Under the pieces are notes generated by a model that worked only from the letters and a program-made list of their open reading frames with translations, was not told where the DNA came from and did no database searches. This document shows, piece after piece, positions 9,099 through 18,335 of a stretch of 58,664 bases of DNA; positions within the stretch are counted from its first letter, which is position 1; the number at the start of each line of letters is the position of its first letter. The stretch comes from a virus. Taxonomy: Duplodnaviria; Caudoviricetes. Position numbers and translations under genes: made by a program. The DNA lies in the IMG/VR virus record IMGVR_UViG_3300025096_000019, positions 1 through 58,664 of that record; one strand, given 5' to 3'.

Positions 9099-9357
9099 GC
9101 TTTGGAGGAATCACGAGATCATCAGGAGTAATGATAGTGTATTTGTAATTATACCTCTTACATGTCATTAATGCAAGCTCATCATCAACTTCAACAACTA
9201 CCATTGGTCTTTCATAGTGTGGGTCATCCGCTAACATTAAAGCATATCTCTCAGCATCATCCTCTTCCTCAAACAAAAAAAGAACCTTATCCCCATACTG
9301 ATCCTGCACGGCATAAGCACCATCTTCCTTTCTAGTTTTTAATGTAAGAAGGAACAT
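9076..9357 (-). CDS. Conserved hypothetical protein (DUF3110-like)
   Basis: LFEEEDDAERYALML motif; located between gp47 and gp46; start at ATG 9357. Confidence 0.75.
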   Translation of the reverse strand: MFLLTLKTRKEDGAYAVQDQYGDKVLFLFEEEDDAERYALMLADDPHYERPMVVVEVDDELALMTCKRYNYKYTIITPDDLVIPPKHDNVPEN

Positions 9358-10391
9358 TACTCCACTTCGCAAGCTTGCTTATAAAGATCTTGGAAGATAC
9401 CCTTAATAATAGTTTTATCATAGTCAAATTCAGATTCATCAATATATCGATTTAAGATCGAAAGAGTATTCTCTTCCTCATCTATCTCAAAATCTTCATT
9501 TTCTTGAATATCAAAGTTTTCAATTATTTTTAAATCTTGAACACCAACAGAGTAGAGTTTATCAATAAATTTTTCAAAATCTTTTATTTTAGATTTCTTA
9601 CGAACAATCACCTTAACAATTTTGTTTTCATACTCTGTAGCATTAAACAACTTGTAATTGGTATCTTCATAATATATGTTATAGAATAATTTATATGGAT
9701 TATTAATTGGAGTATGGGTGAGGGTTTCCGTATCAAAGATATGAAATCCTCTTGGATCATTCACATCATTCCAAAACATCTCATATGGATTACCCAAATA
9801 AAATATTTTCCCATCCTCAGATCTAGTATGAAAATGTCCTGAAAATACCTTTTCAAATTTATTGAAGATATTAACATCCATACCCGTTTCCATCATGTGT
9901 CCACGAGTTGCCCTAAAACCATTAAGTTCAAGATGACCCATAGCAATCTTTGCTTTAGATTTCTTGATCATCTCACAAGACTCATCATAATTCTCAGTAT
10001 TAATCCAAGGAAGCATTAAAATCTTTAATCTACCAAGTTTAATCTCATCTACTTTCGAATAAAGTGTTATATTAGAATAATCCTTTAATAATAATTCAGG
10101 AGAATTTACATAATTAGTATTCTTATAATAGCAATCATGATTGCCCGTAATAGCATATACCTTATACTTTTTTAAAGGATTGAATACTACCCTCTTAGAC
10201 CATTCTAAACTTTGTAGATCAATAGACTTACGACTATCAAATATATCACCCATATGAACTACTGTGTCTATCTTATGCTCCTCTAAAGACGGAAAGAAGA
10301 CATTCTTATAGAACAGTTCAAAATAATCATGTAAGTGCTTAGAACCCTTCCTAGCACCATAATGAGTATCAGTTATTATAGCAACACGCAT
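9357..10391 (-). CDS. gp47: Recombination endonuclease nuclease subunit (gp47, Mre11/SbcD-like)
   Basis: TDTHYG, GDIFD, GNHD, GHLE, SGHFH phosphoesterase motifs. Confidence 0.97.
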   Translation of the reverse strand: MRVAIITDTHYGARKGSKHLHDYFELFYKNVFFPSLEEHKIDTVVHMGDIFDSRKSIDLQSLEWSKRVVFNPLKKYKVYAITGNHDCYYKNTNYVNSPELLLKDYSNITLYSKVDEIKLGRLKILMLPWINTENYDESCEMIKKSKAKIAMGHLELNGFRATRGHMMETGMDVNIFNKFEKVFSGHFHTRSEDGKIFYLGNPYEMFWNDVNDPRGFHIFDTETLTHTPINNPYKLFYNIYYEDTNYKLFNATEYENKIVKVIVRKKSKIKDFEKFIDKLYSVGVQDLKIIENFDIQENEDFEIDEEENTLSILNRYIDESEFDYDKTIIKGIFQDLYKQACEVE

Positions 10392-10868
10392 TTATCTATT
10401 TGACTTCTGGACAATATTATCCTTAATACTATTATAATCAGAGCTACTACCTGATAATGAATTATCATCAACATTCATAACTTCTTCAAATCCAGTTCTT
10501 TCAATGATTTTTGTTTTAATATCTAACTGCTTCTTCTCTTTTTGTATTCTACGAAGAAAAGCATAATGTATTATTTGTGTAAAATATGCGAATGGATTTC
10601 TAGACTTCTCTGGATCGAAGTTGTGTATATACTGCACACAATTTTCAATACCATCAGATATCATATCATCCCTAAACATATAATTTACAAAATTAGGTTT
10701 GTATGATAGATGAGTAGCAATCTTTAAAAAACATTCACCAAGGTAGTTTGTGATTCTTGGTTTCGTTAAATCATTTTCCTTTGCATGAGCAACTTTTTCT
10801 CTATACACAATAAGTGCTTCAAGCAATTCTCTATTGTTTACATAATGTTCAGATTTCTTTTTTGGCAT
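10392..10868 (-). CDS. gp55: Late-transcription sigma factor
   Basis: HYVNN, PNFVNY, DGIENC, NPFAYFTQI, AFLRRIQKEKKQ. Confidence 0.97.
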   Translation of the reverse strand: MPKKKSEHYVNNRELLEALIVYREKVAHAKENDLTKPRITNYLGECFLKIATHLSYKPNFVNYMFRDDMISDGIENCVQYIHNFDPEKSRNPFAYFTQIIHYAFLRRIQKEKKQLDIKTKIIERTGFEEVMNVDDNSLSGSSSDYNSIKDNIVQKSNR

Positions 10869-10900
10869 AACATTTTGCTTCCGTCTTATAACATATAAGT

Positions 10901-10928
10901 ATTATACCACATTTCTGGGACTTGACAA
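10901..10928 (-). promoter_or_regulatory. Sigma70-type promoter for gp55
   Basis: TTGTCA-16 nt-TATAAT with extended -10 TG. Confidence 0.7.
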
Positions 10929-10950
10929 GTTATTAATATATCAGTAGAAT
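10922..10950 (+). promoter_or_regulatory. Divergent (antisense-directed) sigma70-type promoter
   Basis: TTGACA (10922-10927), 17 nt, TAGAAT (10945-10950). Confidence 0.6.
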
Positions 10951-10977
10951 ACCTTTGTAAGGGTTGATGGGAAATAA

Positions 10978-11400
10978 TTAGCTTTCTTTATTAGTACCAT
11001 TAAACAGTTTCTCAAATAATTCTCTAGCTTCTTCTACATTAGAAACATAACCCATTTCAGAAGAAACTTCTACTTTTCCTTGTGAATTATTGAACTTTAT
11101 AGTCTCTCCTCCTCCTTCTTCTTCTAATAGAAATCTTTTATATATTGCTATAATTTTAGGATCACTTGTTTCTGTCATAGTTATAATCTTATCATTCCTA
11201 AGAATAAACATCTTGTCATCAGATAATTCCATCCAAGGTTTTACCTTAACAAAAGAACCGTTATTAGTATCCATCATCTTCATTATAACGGGCGATTGAA
11301 GAATAATGATAGGATCTCCATCATTATCATCGACAGAAACAGCTGAAAGAATTTCTTCTCCTGAAATTAATTTTATTAATGCGTGGAACTCTTCTCCCAT
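10978..11400 (-). CDS. Conserved hypothetical protein (Sm-like, downstream of uvsW)
   Basis: IKLISGEEI...VKPWM pattern and conserved position between uvsW and gp55. Confidence 0.8.
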   Translation of the reverse strand: MGEEFHALIKLISGEEILSAVSVDDNDGDPIIILQSPVIMKMMDTNNGSFVKVKPWMELSDDKMFILRNDKIITMTETSDPKIIAIYKRFLLEEEGGGETIKFNNSQGKVEVSSEMGYVSNVEEARELFEKLFNGTNKES

Positions 11401-12863
11401 TAGGTTTTAAGTGGTATGTTTACAATATCATAATTGAAATTCTCTTCATTATAAACTTTGATTCTTTCAATTAAATGGTTTAGTGTGTAATTCTTTCTTG
11501 ATTTGTAACTGATATCATCAGCAATATCATATAAAGTTGCCCTTACTTTTCTATCACCTTTTCTAAGGACCCTACCAATGGATTGGAGGTTTCTAATTCT
11601 GGACTTTGAGGGGCTGGCGAAAATAACATTGTGCAACCGCTTAATATTAATACCAGTAGAGAAAGTGCCGTAAGAGGCAACAATGATTGCATTATCTTCA
11701 TTCTCAGTAATCTCTCGAATTTTTTCTCTATCTTCGGTAGGTACACCACCGTGAACAAAGAAAACATGACGATTATCGACCTTACTATTATTTATTAGAT
11801 CGTATAGTGGTTGACCATGCTTTTCAACTCTAGCAAATAGAATTAAACTATTACCTTTAAGATCAAGAGCAAGATTTTTAATAAAATTATTTCTACGATC
11901 ATGAGTAATAATATACTGAACCTCATCCTCAAACGTTTCAAATTTATTCGGTGGGTGTTTCAATAGAAGCACATTAATATCTAATGTAGCAAGATGACCC
12001 TTCTTCATAAGTTCATCTGTCTTAATGATTTTATAAGAAGGACCAAATAATCCTTCTAATACCCACTTATGTGTCTGAGATCCATCTAATGTTCCAGTAA
12101 ATCCATAACGATACTTAGCATCTGCTAATTTCGTCATTATAGATATAAGGGATTTTGATTTAAATTGATGAGCTTCGTCACCAACTACTACACTGAACCG
12201 TTCAAAATATTTACGTGGGAGTTTATATATCGACTGCCAAGTTGTTATGATTACCTGAGAGTCTGTCTCCCTTTCCTTACCAGCATATATCTTGTGGCAA
12301 TATGATCCAACATCCCATCCATAATCTGCAAAATCTTTATACATCTGCTCTACTAAGGAAGTTGTAGGAACAACTATCAGAGTACTTTTCTTTTTTTCAA
12401 CATAATATCGGACAATCGCATATATCATTAGCGATTTTCCTGAAGCAGTTGGGGATATTAATAACTTACGATTATGTCTTAAAGCATCATATACTCCCTC
12501 TATTTGATAATCTCTAGGTTTATGAGTAGAGATTGCTGTCATATAATCCTTAACACCCATCTTTGAAATCATTTTATTGACTTCAAAAGGTAAACCATAA
12601 TACTTACTATCTACAAACTCGTAAGTATATTCATGATCATTACAAAATTGTATTATCTTATCCAGTAACCCAACATATACTTCTCCTGTTTGGGTGTTGA
12701 ATAGACGTATTTTTCCATCCCAGAACTTCTTACGATATGCTGGTGAAAATTTAGCACCTGGAACTTCAAAGGTAAATTGATCAGCCAACTCATAATAAAC
12801 ATGAGGTTCTGATTCCACTCTCAGGTAGACTTCATTTTTCTTTGATATAGTCAAATGTGCCAT
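11400..12863 (-). CDS. uvsW: RNA-DNA/DNA-DNA helicase UvsW
   Basis: PRDYQ, SPTASGKS, DEAH, TGT, QSIGRVLR. Confidence 0.97.
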   Translation of the reverse strand: MAHLTISKKNEVYLRVESEPHVYYELADQFTFEVPGAKFSPAYRKKFWDGKIRLFNTQTGEVYVGLLDKIIQFCNDHEYTYEFVDSKYYGLPFEVNKMISKMGVKDYMTAISTHKPRDYQIEGVYDALRHNRKLLISPTASGKSLMIYAIVRYYVEKKKSTLIVVPTTSLVEQMYKDFADYGWDVGSYCHKIYAGKERETDSQVIITTWQSIYKLPRKYFERFSVVVGDEAHQFKSKSLISIMTKLADAKYRYGFTGTLDGSQTHKWVLEGLFGPSYKIIKTDELMKKGHLATLDINVLLLKHPPNKFETFEDEVQYIITHDRRNNFIKNLALDLKGNSLILFARVEKHGQPLYDLINNSKVDNRHVFFVHGGVPTEDREKIREITENEDNAIIVASYGTFSTGINIKRLHNVIFASPSKSRIRNLQSIGRVLRKGDRKVRATLYDIADDISYKSRKNYTLNHLIERIKVYNEENFNYDIVNIPLKT

Positions 12864-12884
12864 ACATTTAAATCATATATCAAA

Positions 12885-12891
12885 TATTTAG
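12885..12891 (-). promoter_or_regulatory. Late-promoter variant CTAAATA upstream of uvsW
   Basis: Intergenic CTAAATA about 20 nt before the ATG. Confidence 0.55.
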
Positions 12892-13323
12892 TTAGTTATA
12901 TCCTGCTTGGAATTTCATAAACTCAATGGCATTTTTAATTTGAAAGGTTCTATTAGATATATTTTTAATTATCTCTTCAAGGAATTTTAATGTTGTGTCA
13001 TAATATCTTATTTTAAGATCTATCTTAGACATCTTCTCATCAGCTTCCATATGCCTCTGTATGGCATCCTTTTCCCTAACCTTATACGGAAAAGGTTCTT
13101 CAGCATATACCTCTGCTGGTGCTTTACCAGTATAGAAATTGTATCTCTCTAAACGTGTTTTGTTATATTGTTCTCTTGCCCTTTCACGCAATAAACTAAC
13201 AGTATTATAGACAGTATAATACTTTGAGTGTAACTGTGGAATTTTTAACGATTCATCATGTAAGTTATCAGGGTCAATGACAGAATCTTTCTGCCACATC
13301 TCCTGAATTTTATCAAGATTCAT
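12892..13323 (-). CDS. uvsY: Recombination mediator UvsY
   Basis: ESLKIPQLHSKY, FYTGKA, RTFQIKNAIEF. Confidence 0.95.
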   Translation of the reverse strand: MNLDKIQEMWQKDSVIDPDNLHDESLKIPQLHSKYYTVYNTVSLLRERAREQYNKTRLERYNFYTGKAPAEVYAEEPFPYKVREKDAIQRHMEADEKMSKIDLKIRYYDTTLKFLEEIIKNISNRTFQIKNAIEFMKFQAGYN

Positions 13324-13868
13324 AAGGGTGTATAACCGTCCGTACCTACTATATTATACACCAAATATTTAAATGACACTTCTGCTGTGAAGTAATTAAT
13401 ATCTGTTTCTGTTGCATCAAAATCCAATGATGTTAAAGATGTTGGCCACAGATCTTTGAATTTTACTGTTGCCGTAGTTCTAAAATTAGAATTTAATATA
13501 TTTAATGATCCATCACTCCACTGTTCTTTCGAGTCTCTAAGACCTTCATCATCTGTAGTCTGCTTTACATATTGAGCAGCAGTTTCTGGAAACCCAAGAC
13601 CAGTTAACCAATTATGAATAGCCATATAATTTTCCATATTCTCATCAACAAGAAATCTTAATATAAGATCTCCGTATGTAAGAATCTCACCTGGTACATC
13701 AATTTCTTTCAAATAGTTTGGTTGAATGGTTGTACCAAGAGTTATTTCTGGTATTCTTGCCGAATTGCATAAAAAAGATGCCTTTGGATATTTTGCCAAA
13801 GTAAATTCAAATCCAACTGGGGATAAGAAATTTCTATTTTGTATTTGATTAGCAAATGGACTGACCAT
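13320..13868 (-). CDS. gp3: Tail tube terminator / tail completion protein
   Basis: NRNFLSPVGFEF, FLVDENMENY, SDGSL, FKDLWPTSL. Confidence 0.9.
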   Translation of the reverse strand: MVSPFANQIQNRNFLSPVGFEFTLAKYPKASFLCNSARIPEITLGTTIQPNYLKEIDVPGEILTYGDLILRFLVDENMENYMAIHNWLTGLGFPETAAQYVKQTTDDEGLRDSKEQWSDGSLNILNSNFRTTATVKFKDLWPTSLTSLDFDATETDINYFTAEVSFKYLVYNIVGTDGYTPL

Positions 13869-13891
13869 TATTTACCATTAACCTTATATTG

Positions 13892-13898
13892 TATTTAG
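13892..13898 (-). promoter_or_regulatory. Late-promoter variant CTAAATA upstream of gp3
   Basis: CTAAATA about 23 nt before the gp3 ATG. Confidence 0.55.
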
Positions 13899-14083
13899 CG
13901 AGTCACCGTCACTTCAATACTGTCATCATCCATTTCCCATTCTTCATCTATTATGAATCCCTTCTCTGCAATGGTTTCATGGATTACATCCCTAGCATCT
14001 TCTTGTGAAACACTAGATTGAAAAACAACTTTACCAGATTCATCCTTTACGATTCCATCAGGGTAAATAATAAATTTATTCAT
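13895..14083 (-). CDS. Hypothetical acidic protein (62 aa)
   Basis: Preceded by an AAAAGG Shine-Dalgarno-like sequence; fills the intergenic gap. Confidence 0.65.
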   Translation of the reverse strand: MNKFIIYPDGIVKDESGKVVFQSSVSQEDARDVIHETIAEKGFIIDEEWEMDDDSIEVTVTR

Positions 14084-14101
14084 AATCTAAACCTTTTAAA
14101 A

Positions 14102-14257
14102 TTACTCAATAATAGTTTTATACCACTCTTCACTCATACCCAAAATGAGCTTATCTGCGGAATCATTATCTTCAGCATAACCTTCTTTAATCAAATAGTC
14201 AAGTAACTTTGCGTAAAGTTTATGTGACTCTTTGAGTTCTCTTGGAGATGGTTTCAT
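14102..14257 (-). CDS. Small hypothetical protein (51 aa)
   Basis: MKPSPRELKE...YLIKEGYA...MSEEW; start chosen downstream of the CTAAATA at 14278-14284. Confidence 0.7.
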   Translation of the reverse strand: MKPSPRELKESHKLYAKLLDYLIKEGYAEDNDSADKLILGMSEEWYKTIIE

Positions 14258-14277
14258 TTTCTTATAGTCTTTAATTG

Positions 14278-14284
14278 TATTTAG
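14278..14284 (-). promoter_or_regulatory. Late-promoter variant CTAAATA
   Basis: Intergenic CTAAATA about 20 nt before ATG 14257. Confidence 0.55.
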
Positions 14285-14286
14285 AT

Positions 14287-14475
14287 TTATTCTGATACTG
14301 ATGTTGCACCTACCCATCCACCATTCTTACCATCATCATTAACCATTAAAGCATCTGCAATTGATTTTAATGAATAAGTTTTCTTGTCAGCGATATCATC
14401 AGACCATTTAGCATTTCCTGTATAATAAACATCATAATTGTCAAGCGCAGCAGTTTTTTTAATATACCAAGCCAT
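14287..14475 (-). CDS. Small hypothetical protein after gp23 (possible virion component)
   Basis: 62 aa; own CTAAATA box at 14493-14499. Confidence 0.7.
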   Translation of the reverse strand: MAWYIKKTAALDNYDVYYTGNAKWSDDIADKKTYSLKSIADALMVNDDGKNGGWVGATSVSE

Positions 14476-14492
14476 TTTTCTAAGTTTTTAAA

Positions 14493-14499
14493 TATTTAG
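14493..14499 (-). promoter_or_regulatory. Late-promoter variant CTAAATA directly after the gp23 terminator
   Basis: CTAAATA adjacent to the terminator U-tract. Confidence 0.55.
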
Positions 14500-14501
14500 A
14501 T

Positions 14502-14530
14502 AAAAAAAGAGACCCGTCAAGCGGGTCTCT
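14502..14530 (-). terminator. Rho-independent terminator of gp23
   Basis: Perfect 9-bp stem AGAGACCCG/CGGGTCTCT, 5-nt loop, followed by a T-run on the minus strand. Confidence 0.92.
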
Positions 14531-14555
14531 GTAAAGTAAAGAAGATATAAACTTC

Positions 14556-15965
14556 TTACATAAGGTTCTGAACCTTAACCCTACGATAGTAGCGGTTAGT
14601 GTTAGGTGTAAGAACACCAAGTCCCTGAGTTGTACCTTGTGAGAATGGGTTTTCAACCATACCATAACGAGTCTTAAACCCGATTTTTGGTTGGAAGGTG
14701 TTCTCGCCAACTGCACGAACCATCTGGAGAGGAACGTATGGGCAGTAGAAGAGTCCAGCATCATAAGGTGAGGAACCTTTGTATCCAGCAACGTAGTACT
14801 GATTAGCAGAACTATTTGCAGAATATGGGTCGATGTATACGCGATACTTACCTTGAAGTACACCAGCAAATGTATTGCCTGTGTCATCAACGTTAAGATT
14901 AGCGTTAAGTGCAGGAGTATAATCCAGAACACCAGCCATCGTTAGGGCGGAAGCAACGTCTGCGGAGCAGAGGATCATGTTGCCCTTTCCACGACGAGTC
15001 CTTTGTGCAATTGCGTTGGCATCGCGCTCGATTTGGAAAATAAGTCCCTTGAATTTCTCAACCGACCATCTGCCGTTTGAGTCTGTGTCGAGGTCGAAAG
15101 CACCAGCAGTAGCAGTGTTAACCTGAGCACCGGATTCAGCAACCTTATAGATTGTACGAATAACTTCGCGGTTGATTTCAGCAAGGATCTCTGTGGAGAG
15201 AATATTTGCTAATTCAGCCTCGGCGTTTAGTCCGTGAATTGCTTTAAGGTCCTGAGCAAGTTCTAGTGAGTACTCAGCTTTCAGAGCACGGGATTTCGCC
15301 GTAACGGTTACTTTCTCGATGCTGAATGCCATTTCGTTGAAATGGTCGCCAGTACCAGAACCAAGGTTCTCAGAAGAATCTGTACGCATACCCTGACCAA
15401 CAGGATAGGTTGTAGCAGTCTGTGAACCCTGTGGGTTAAGAGCACCTGGATTACCAGCACCTGTGAGTCCAGTACCACCTGTAGTACCTAAACCAACTGC
15501 GCCGTCAGTCCATCCGGTAGTAAGATTTCCACCATCATCCTGACCGGAGAAGGAAGTATCTGCTTCGTCGAATAGTGCTTCTGTTCCAGACTGATTCTCA
15601 TAGCGCGAGCGCATTGCGAAAATTAGTCCAGTAGGTCCGTTCATTGGCTGAACACCTGCTAGGTCATATGCGACCAAGTTAGGCATTGAGCGACGGATAA
15701 GGCTTATTAGAACGGGGTCAAAACCGGCTGTTGGACCTGCGTCAGCAGCGTCTGCACTAAAACCAGCATTTGAACCTGTAGCTGTGCTGTTTGTTGGAAC
15801 AGCTTCTGAAAGAAAAGAACGCTCTTCGCGGAGTGCTGTTTCCTGATTCTCCAGGAGAACGGCGGTTACCATTCTACGATGATTGTCTTTGATTGGATCA
15901 AGACCTTCGTAGTCTAGTAGAGGTGCCCACTTCTCCTGCAGATGTTCCTGATTGAACATTTGCAT
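14556..15965 (-). CDS. gp23: Major capsid protein
   Basis: KWAPLL, LLENQE, GVQPMNGPTGLIFAMR, TAKSRALKAEYSLELAQDLKAIHG, FQPKIGFKTRYG. Confidence 0.99.
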   Translation of the reverse strand: MQMFNQEHLQEKWAPLLDYEGLDPIKDNHRRMVTAVLLENQETALREERSFLSEAVPTNSTATGSNAGFSADAADAGPTAGFDPVLISLIRRSMPNLVAYDLAGVQPMNGPTGLIFAMRSRYENQSGTEALFDEADTSFSGQDDGGNLTTGWTDGAVGLGTTGGTGLTGAGNPGALNPQGSQTATTYPVGQGMRTDSSENLGSGTGDHFNEMAFSIEKVTVTAKSRALKAEYSLELAQDLKAIHGLNAEAELANILSTEILAEINREVIRTIYKVAESGAQVNTATAGAFDLDTDSNGRWSVEKFKGLIFQIERDANAIAQRTRRGKGNMILCSADVASALTMAGVLDYTPALNANLNVDDTGNTFAGVLQGKYRVYIDPYSANSSANQYYVAGYKGSSPYDAGLFYCPYVPLQMVRAVGENTFQPKIGFKTRYGMVENPFSQGTTQGLGVLTPNTNRYYRRVKVQNLM

Positions 15966-16011
15966 TTCTATTTACCTATGTAAATTGTAGTTTGAATTTA
16001 TAATTTAAAAA

Positions 16012-17148
16012 TCACTTTTTAGCGACTCTGCTCAAAGAATCGAGATATCTTGCCATTGAAGCCGTTGGAACGGGTGCATTGGATTGATTTTCTTCTGAGA
16101 GATTCTCTGAAGTGTCTCTTTGAGTACTAGCATTAGTAGGGTAATAAGATTCCCTAAGTGTTGCTAATTTCTCACGATAGTCTGTCTCACTTTCAAACTC
16201 AACATTTTCGGCAAGAGAAGCAAGTTTGTCTCTCTGAGTATCTGCAAGACCCTCAGCGACTTCACCAAAGATTCCATCAGCGACGGACTCTGCTAATCTC
16301 CTATTAAGAGCAACATTCTTTTCAAGTTGCTCGTTGAGTTTTCCTTCCATTTCATCAAGTTTATCTACCATGCTATTAAGTACATCATATTTTTCTTCAG
16401 GGATAGTTACATAATGATCTTCAAATAGACCTTTCATTCCAGTAAGGAATGATTCAGTCATTTCTGTTTTAAGACCGGCTTCTGCTGCAAGGCGGTTTTC
16501 TTCCAACCACTCCTGAGCAACGTACTCTAGGTACGAATCAACACGTTCTTGCAATTCTTCTTTGATTGACTTAACTTCTTCAACAAGTTTTTCCTCATAG
16601 GAAACTTTAACTTGCTCAGTAAGTTCGGCAACCTTTGCCTTGATAGCAGTCTCGAAAATAGTACGTGCCTTTTCTTGAAACTCTTCAGAAAGTTCTTCAC
16701 CAGCAATTAACGCATTAATGTCTTCTTCAACATTAATTTGCTCTTCGGCAACGACTTCTTCTTCCTTAGTTTCTTCTTCAGCAACTACTTCCTCAGTTGA
16801 AGTCTCCTCTTCGGATACAACTTCTTCTTCCTTAGCAGGCTCTTCGGCAACTACTTCTTGACCATCTTCCAGTTCATCAGAAACTGCTTCCTTAGGAGCA
16901 GAATCTCCACCCGCAGCACCTTTGTTTACAACATCCTTAACTTGCTTAAGGGCTTGACCAGGTGTTTTGAGTTTCGCCGAATCATCATCGGATTTATAAT
17001 TTTCTGGAGTAGGACCACCTAGATCTTCCCAAGTAGCGGGAGTACCTCCGGTACTTAGTTTCTGCATTGGCTCCGCAGGTTTAGCACCTTTGGTCACCAC
17101 GTTCTCTACGATGTTTTCCATTTCTTGTAATTTGCTACCAACGGACAT
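16012..17148 (-). CDS. gp22: Prohead core scaffolding protein
   Basis: Acidic coiled coil, LSEEFQEKARTIFE, VDSYLEYV; between gp21 and gp23. Confidence 0.95.
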   Translation of the reverse strand: MSVGSKLQEMENIVENVVTKGAKPAEPMQKLSTGGTPATWEDLGGPTPENYKSDDDSAKLKTPGQALKQVKDVVNKGAAGGDSAPKEAVSDELEDGQEVVAEEPAKEEEVVSEEETSTEEVVAEEETKEEEVVAEEQINVEEDINALIAGEELSEEFQEKARTIFETAIKAKVAELTEQVKVSYEEKLVEEVKSIKEELQERVDSYLEYVAQEWLEENRLAAEAGLKTEMTESFLTGMKGLFEDHYVTIPEEKYDVLNSMVDKLDEMEGKLNEQLEKNVALNRRLAESVADGIFGEVAEGLADTQRDKLASLAENVEFESETDYREKLATLRESYYPTNASTQRDTSENLSEENQSNAPVPTASMARYLDSLSRVAKK

Positions 17149-17171
17149 GTGTTTTAGACTGTGATAATCTG

Positions 17172-17183
17172 TATTTATTTATA
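17172..17183 (-). promoter_or_regulatory. T4-type late promoter for gp22-gp23
   Basis: TATAAATA at 17176-17183 with an overlapping second ATAAATA. Confidence 0.85.
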
Positions 17184-17187
17184 GAAC

Positions 17188-17835
17188 TTACAGATTTGAG
17201 AGAAATTCGTTGAATAGATTCAACTTCTGTTCTTCAAGTCTATTTTGATCTACTAGCGTATTGATACGCTTCTGGGTTTTCTCTGCTAATTCTTCACGAA
17301 GTATTCCACCTTCCCAAATCCACTCTTTTCCTTCCATAATTCCAGATACAAATGCATCAGGAGCTGAAGGATCGGCAACGATATCAGCAGCAGTTGCTAA
17401 CTGAAAATCATCTCCAACATATTTAACACCACGATCTTCTCTAAGTGAACCCACACCACGAGAAGAAACTCCAAGAACTACACCTTCTTCTATCAATGAA
17501 GATGCAATTTTACCCATTGGAGTATTAAGGATTTGTGCCTTACCAACAAAATTATTTCCTTCTCTTTTGAGGGAAGTGATCTTATGGGAAACACGATCAA
17601 GATTTACAGTTGGACCATCTGGATGTCCCAACTCACCAAGAGCACGACCTTTCTGAATGAAAGATTCATTATACCTGCTAACTTCTGTAGCAAGTGTATT
17701 CACTGGATAAACTCTACCATTACGATTTTTTATATCACCTTGTAAAAAAGTTCCCTCAATGTAAAGTCTTTTTGAACGACCTTTACCTTCGGTAATAAAT
17801 TTAACGTTTGATACTTCTTCTGTAATAAGTTTCAT
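17188..17835 (-). CDS. gp21: Prohead protease
   Basis: KNRNGRVY, ALGELGHP, GVSSRGVGS, DIVADPSAPDA. Confidence 0.98.
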   Translation of the reverse strand: MKLITEEVSNVKFITEGKGRSKRLYIEGTFLQGDIKNRNGRVYPVNTLATEVSRYNESFIQKGRALGELGHPDGPTVNLDRVSHKITSLKREGNNFVGKAQILNTPMGKIASSLIEEGVVLGVSSRGVGSLREDRGVKYVGDDFQLATAADIVADPSAPDAFVSGIMEGKEWIWEGGILREELAEKTQKRINTLVDQNRLEEQKLNLFNEFLSNL

Positions 17836-17839
17836 TTTC

Positions 17840-18097
17840 CTAATTTCCGTAAGCTATCTTAGCAACTAGAACACTACCACCATTTGAAGCAGCAGTAAGT
17901 GTATCTGTGGGATCTTTTTCTAAAAGAACACTTTCTTTAGTATTAACAGTCACACTACCAATAGTTGCACCACTAGATAATTTTCTAGTGATCAATATTG
18001 CTCCAGAATGATTATTAAAAAGTCTTACTACAGTAGCAGTACCAACATTAGAAGCACTGGAGAGATTTCCCTCAGCCGCTAATACTTTAATTAACAT
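17840..18097 (-). CDS. Conserved small hypothetical (probable virion) protein
   Basis: 85 aa within the head cluster, between the portal and protease genes. Confidence 0.75.
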   Translation of the reverse strand: MLIKVLAAEGNLSSASNVGTATVVRLFNNHSGAILITRKLSSGATIGSVTVNTKESVLLEKDPTDTLTAASNGGSVLVAKIAYGN

Positions 18098-18293
18098 TTT
18101 CCTCTTCTCCCTGTTCGGGTTCTATAGTGGGTTCATCTTCAATTTTAGGCTCACTGAACATACTAGATGCAATTTGTGGACGCATAGCTTCAATACCTTC
18201 CGCAGCCTTAGCATAAAGATGATCTTTAATTTGATCTGAGACTTCGGACGCTTTTTTATTGATCGCAATCAAATCGACAACATTATTTTCCAT
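18087..18293 (-). CDS. Small acidic prohead core protein (gp67-like position)
   Basis: 68 aa with an acidic tail, directly downstream of the portal gene. Confidence 0.7.
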   Translation of the reverse strand: MENNVVDLIAINKKASEVSDQIKDHLYAKAAEGIEAMRPQIASSMFSEPKIEDEPTIEPEQGEEENVN

Positions 18294-18327
18294 AAAAATT
18301 TATACTGTAAATATAGCGTATACTCTA

Positions 18328-18335
18328 TATTTATA
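18328..18335 (-). promoter_or_regulatory. T4-type late promoter
   Basis: TATAAATA overlapping the gp20 stop codon. Confidence 0.8.

Noticed and set aside
13864-13881. Short direct repeat TAATGGT with a possible upstream mini-ORF before gp3
   Set aside because: A 7-nt repeat in AT-rich DNA is within chance expectation.
14480-14932. 150-aa alternative-frame ORF overlapping the gp23 3' end (also 14975-15184)
   Set aside because: It crosses the gp23 terminator, has no recognisable motifs, and is expected from the biased codon use of gp23. No slippery site was identified.
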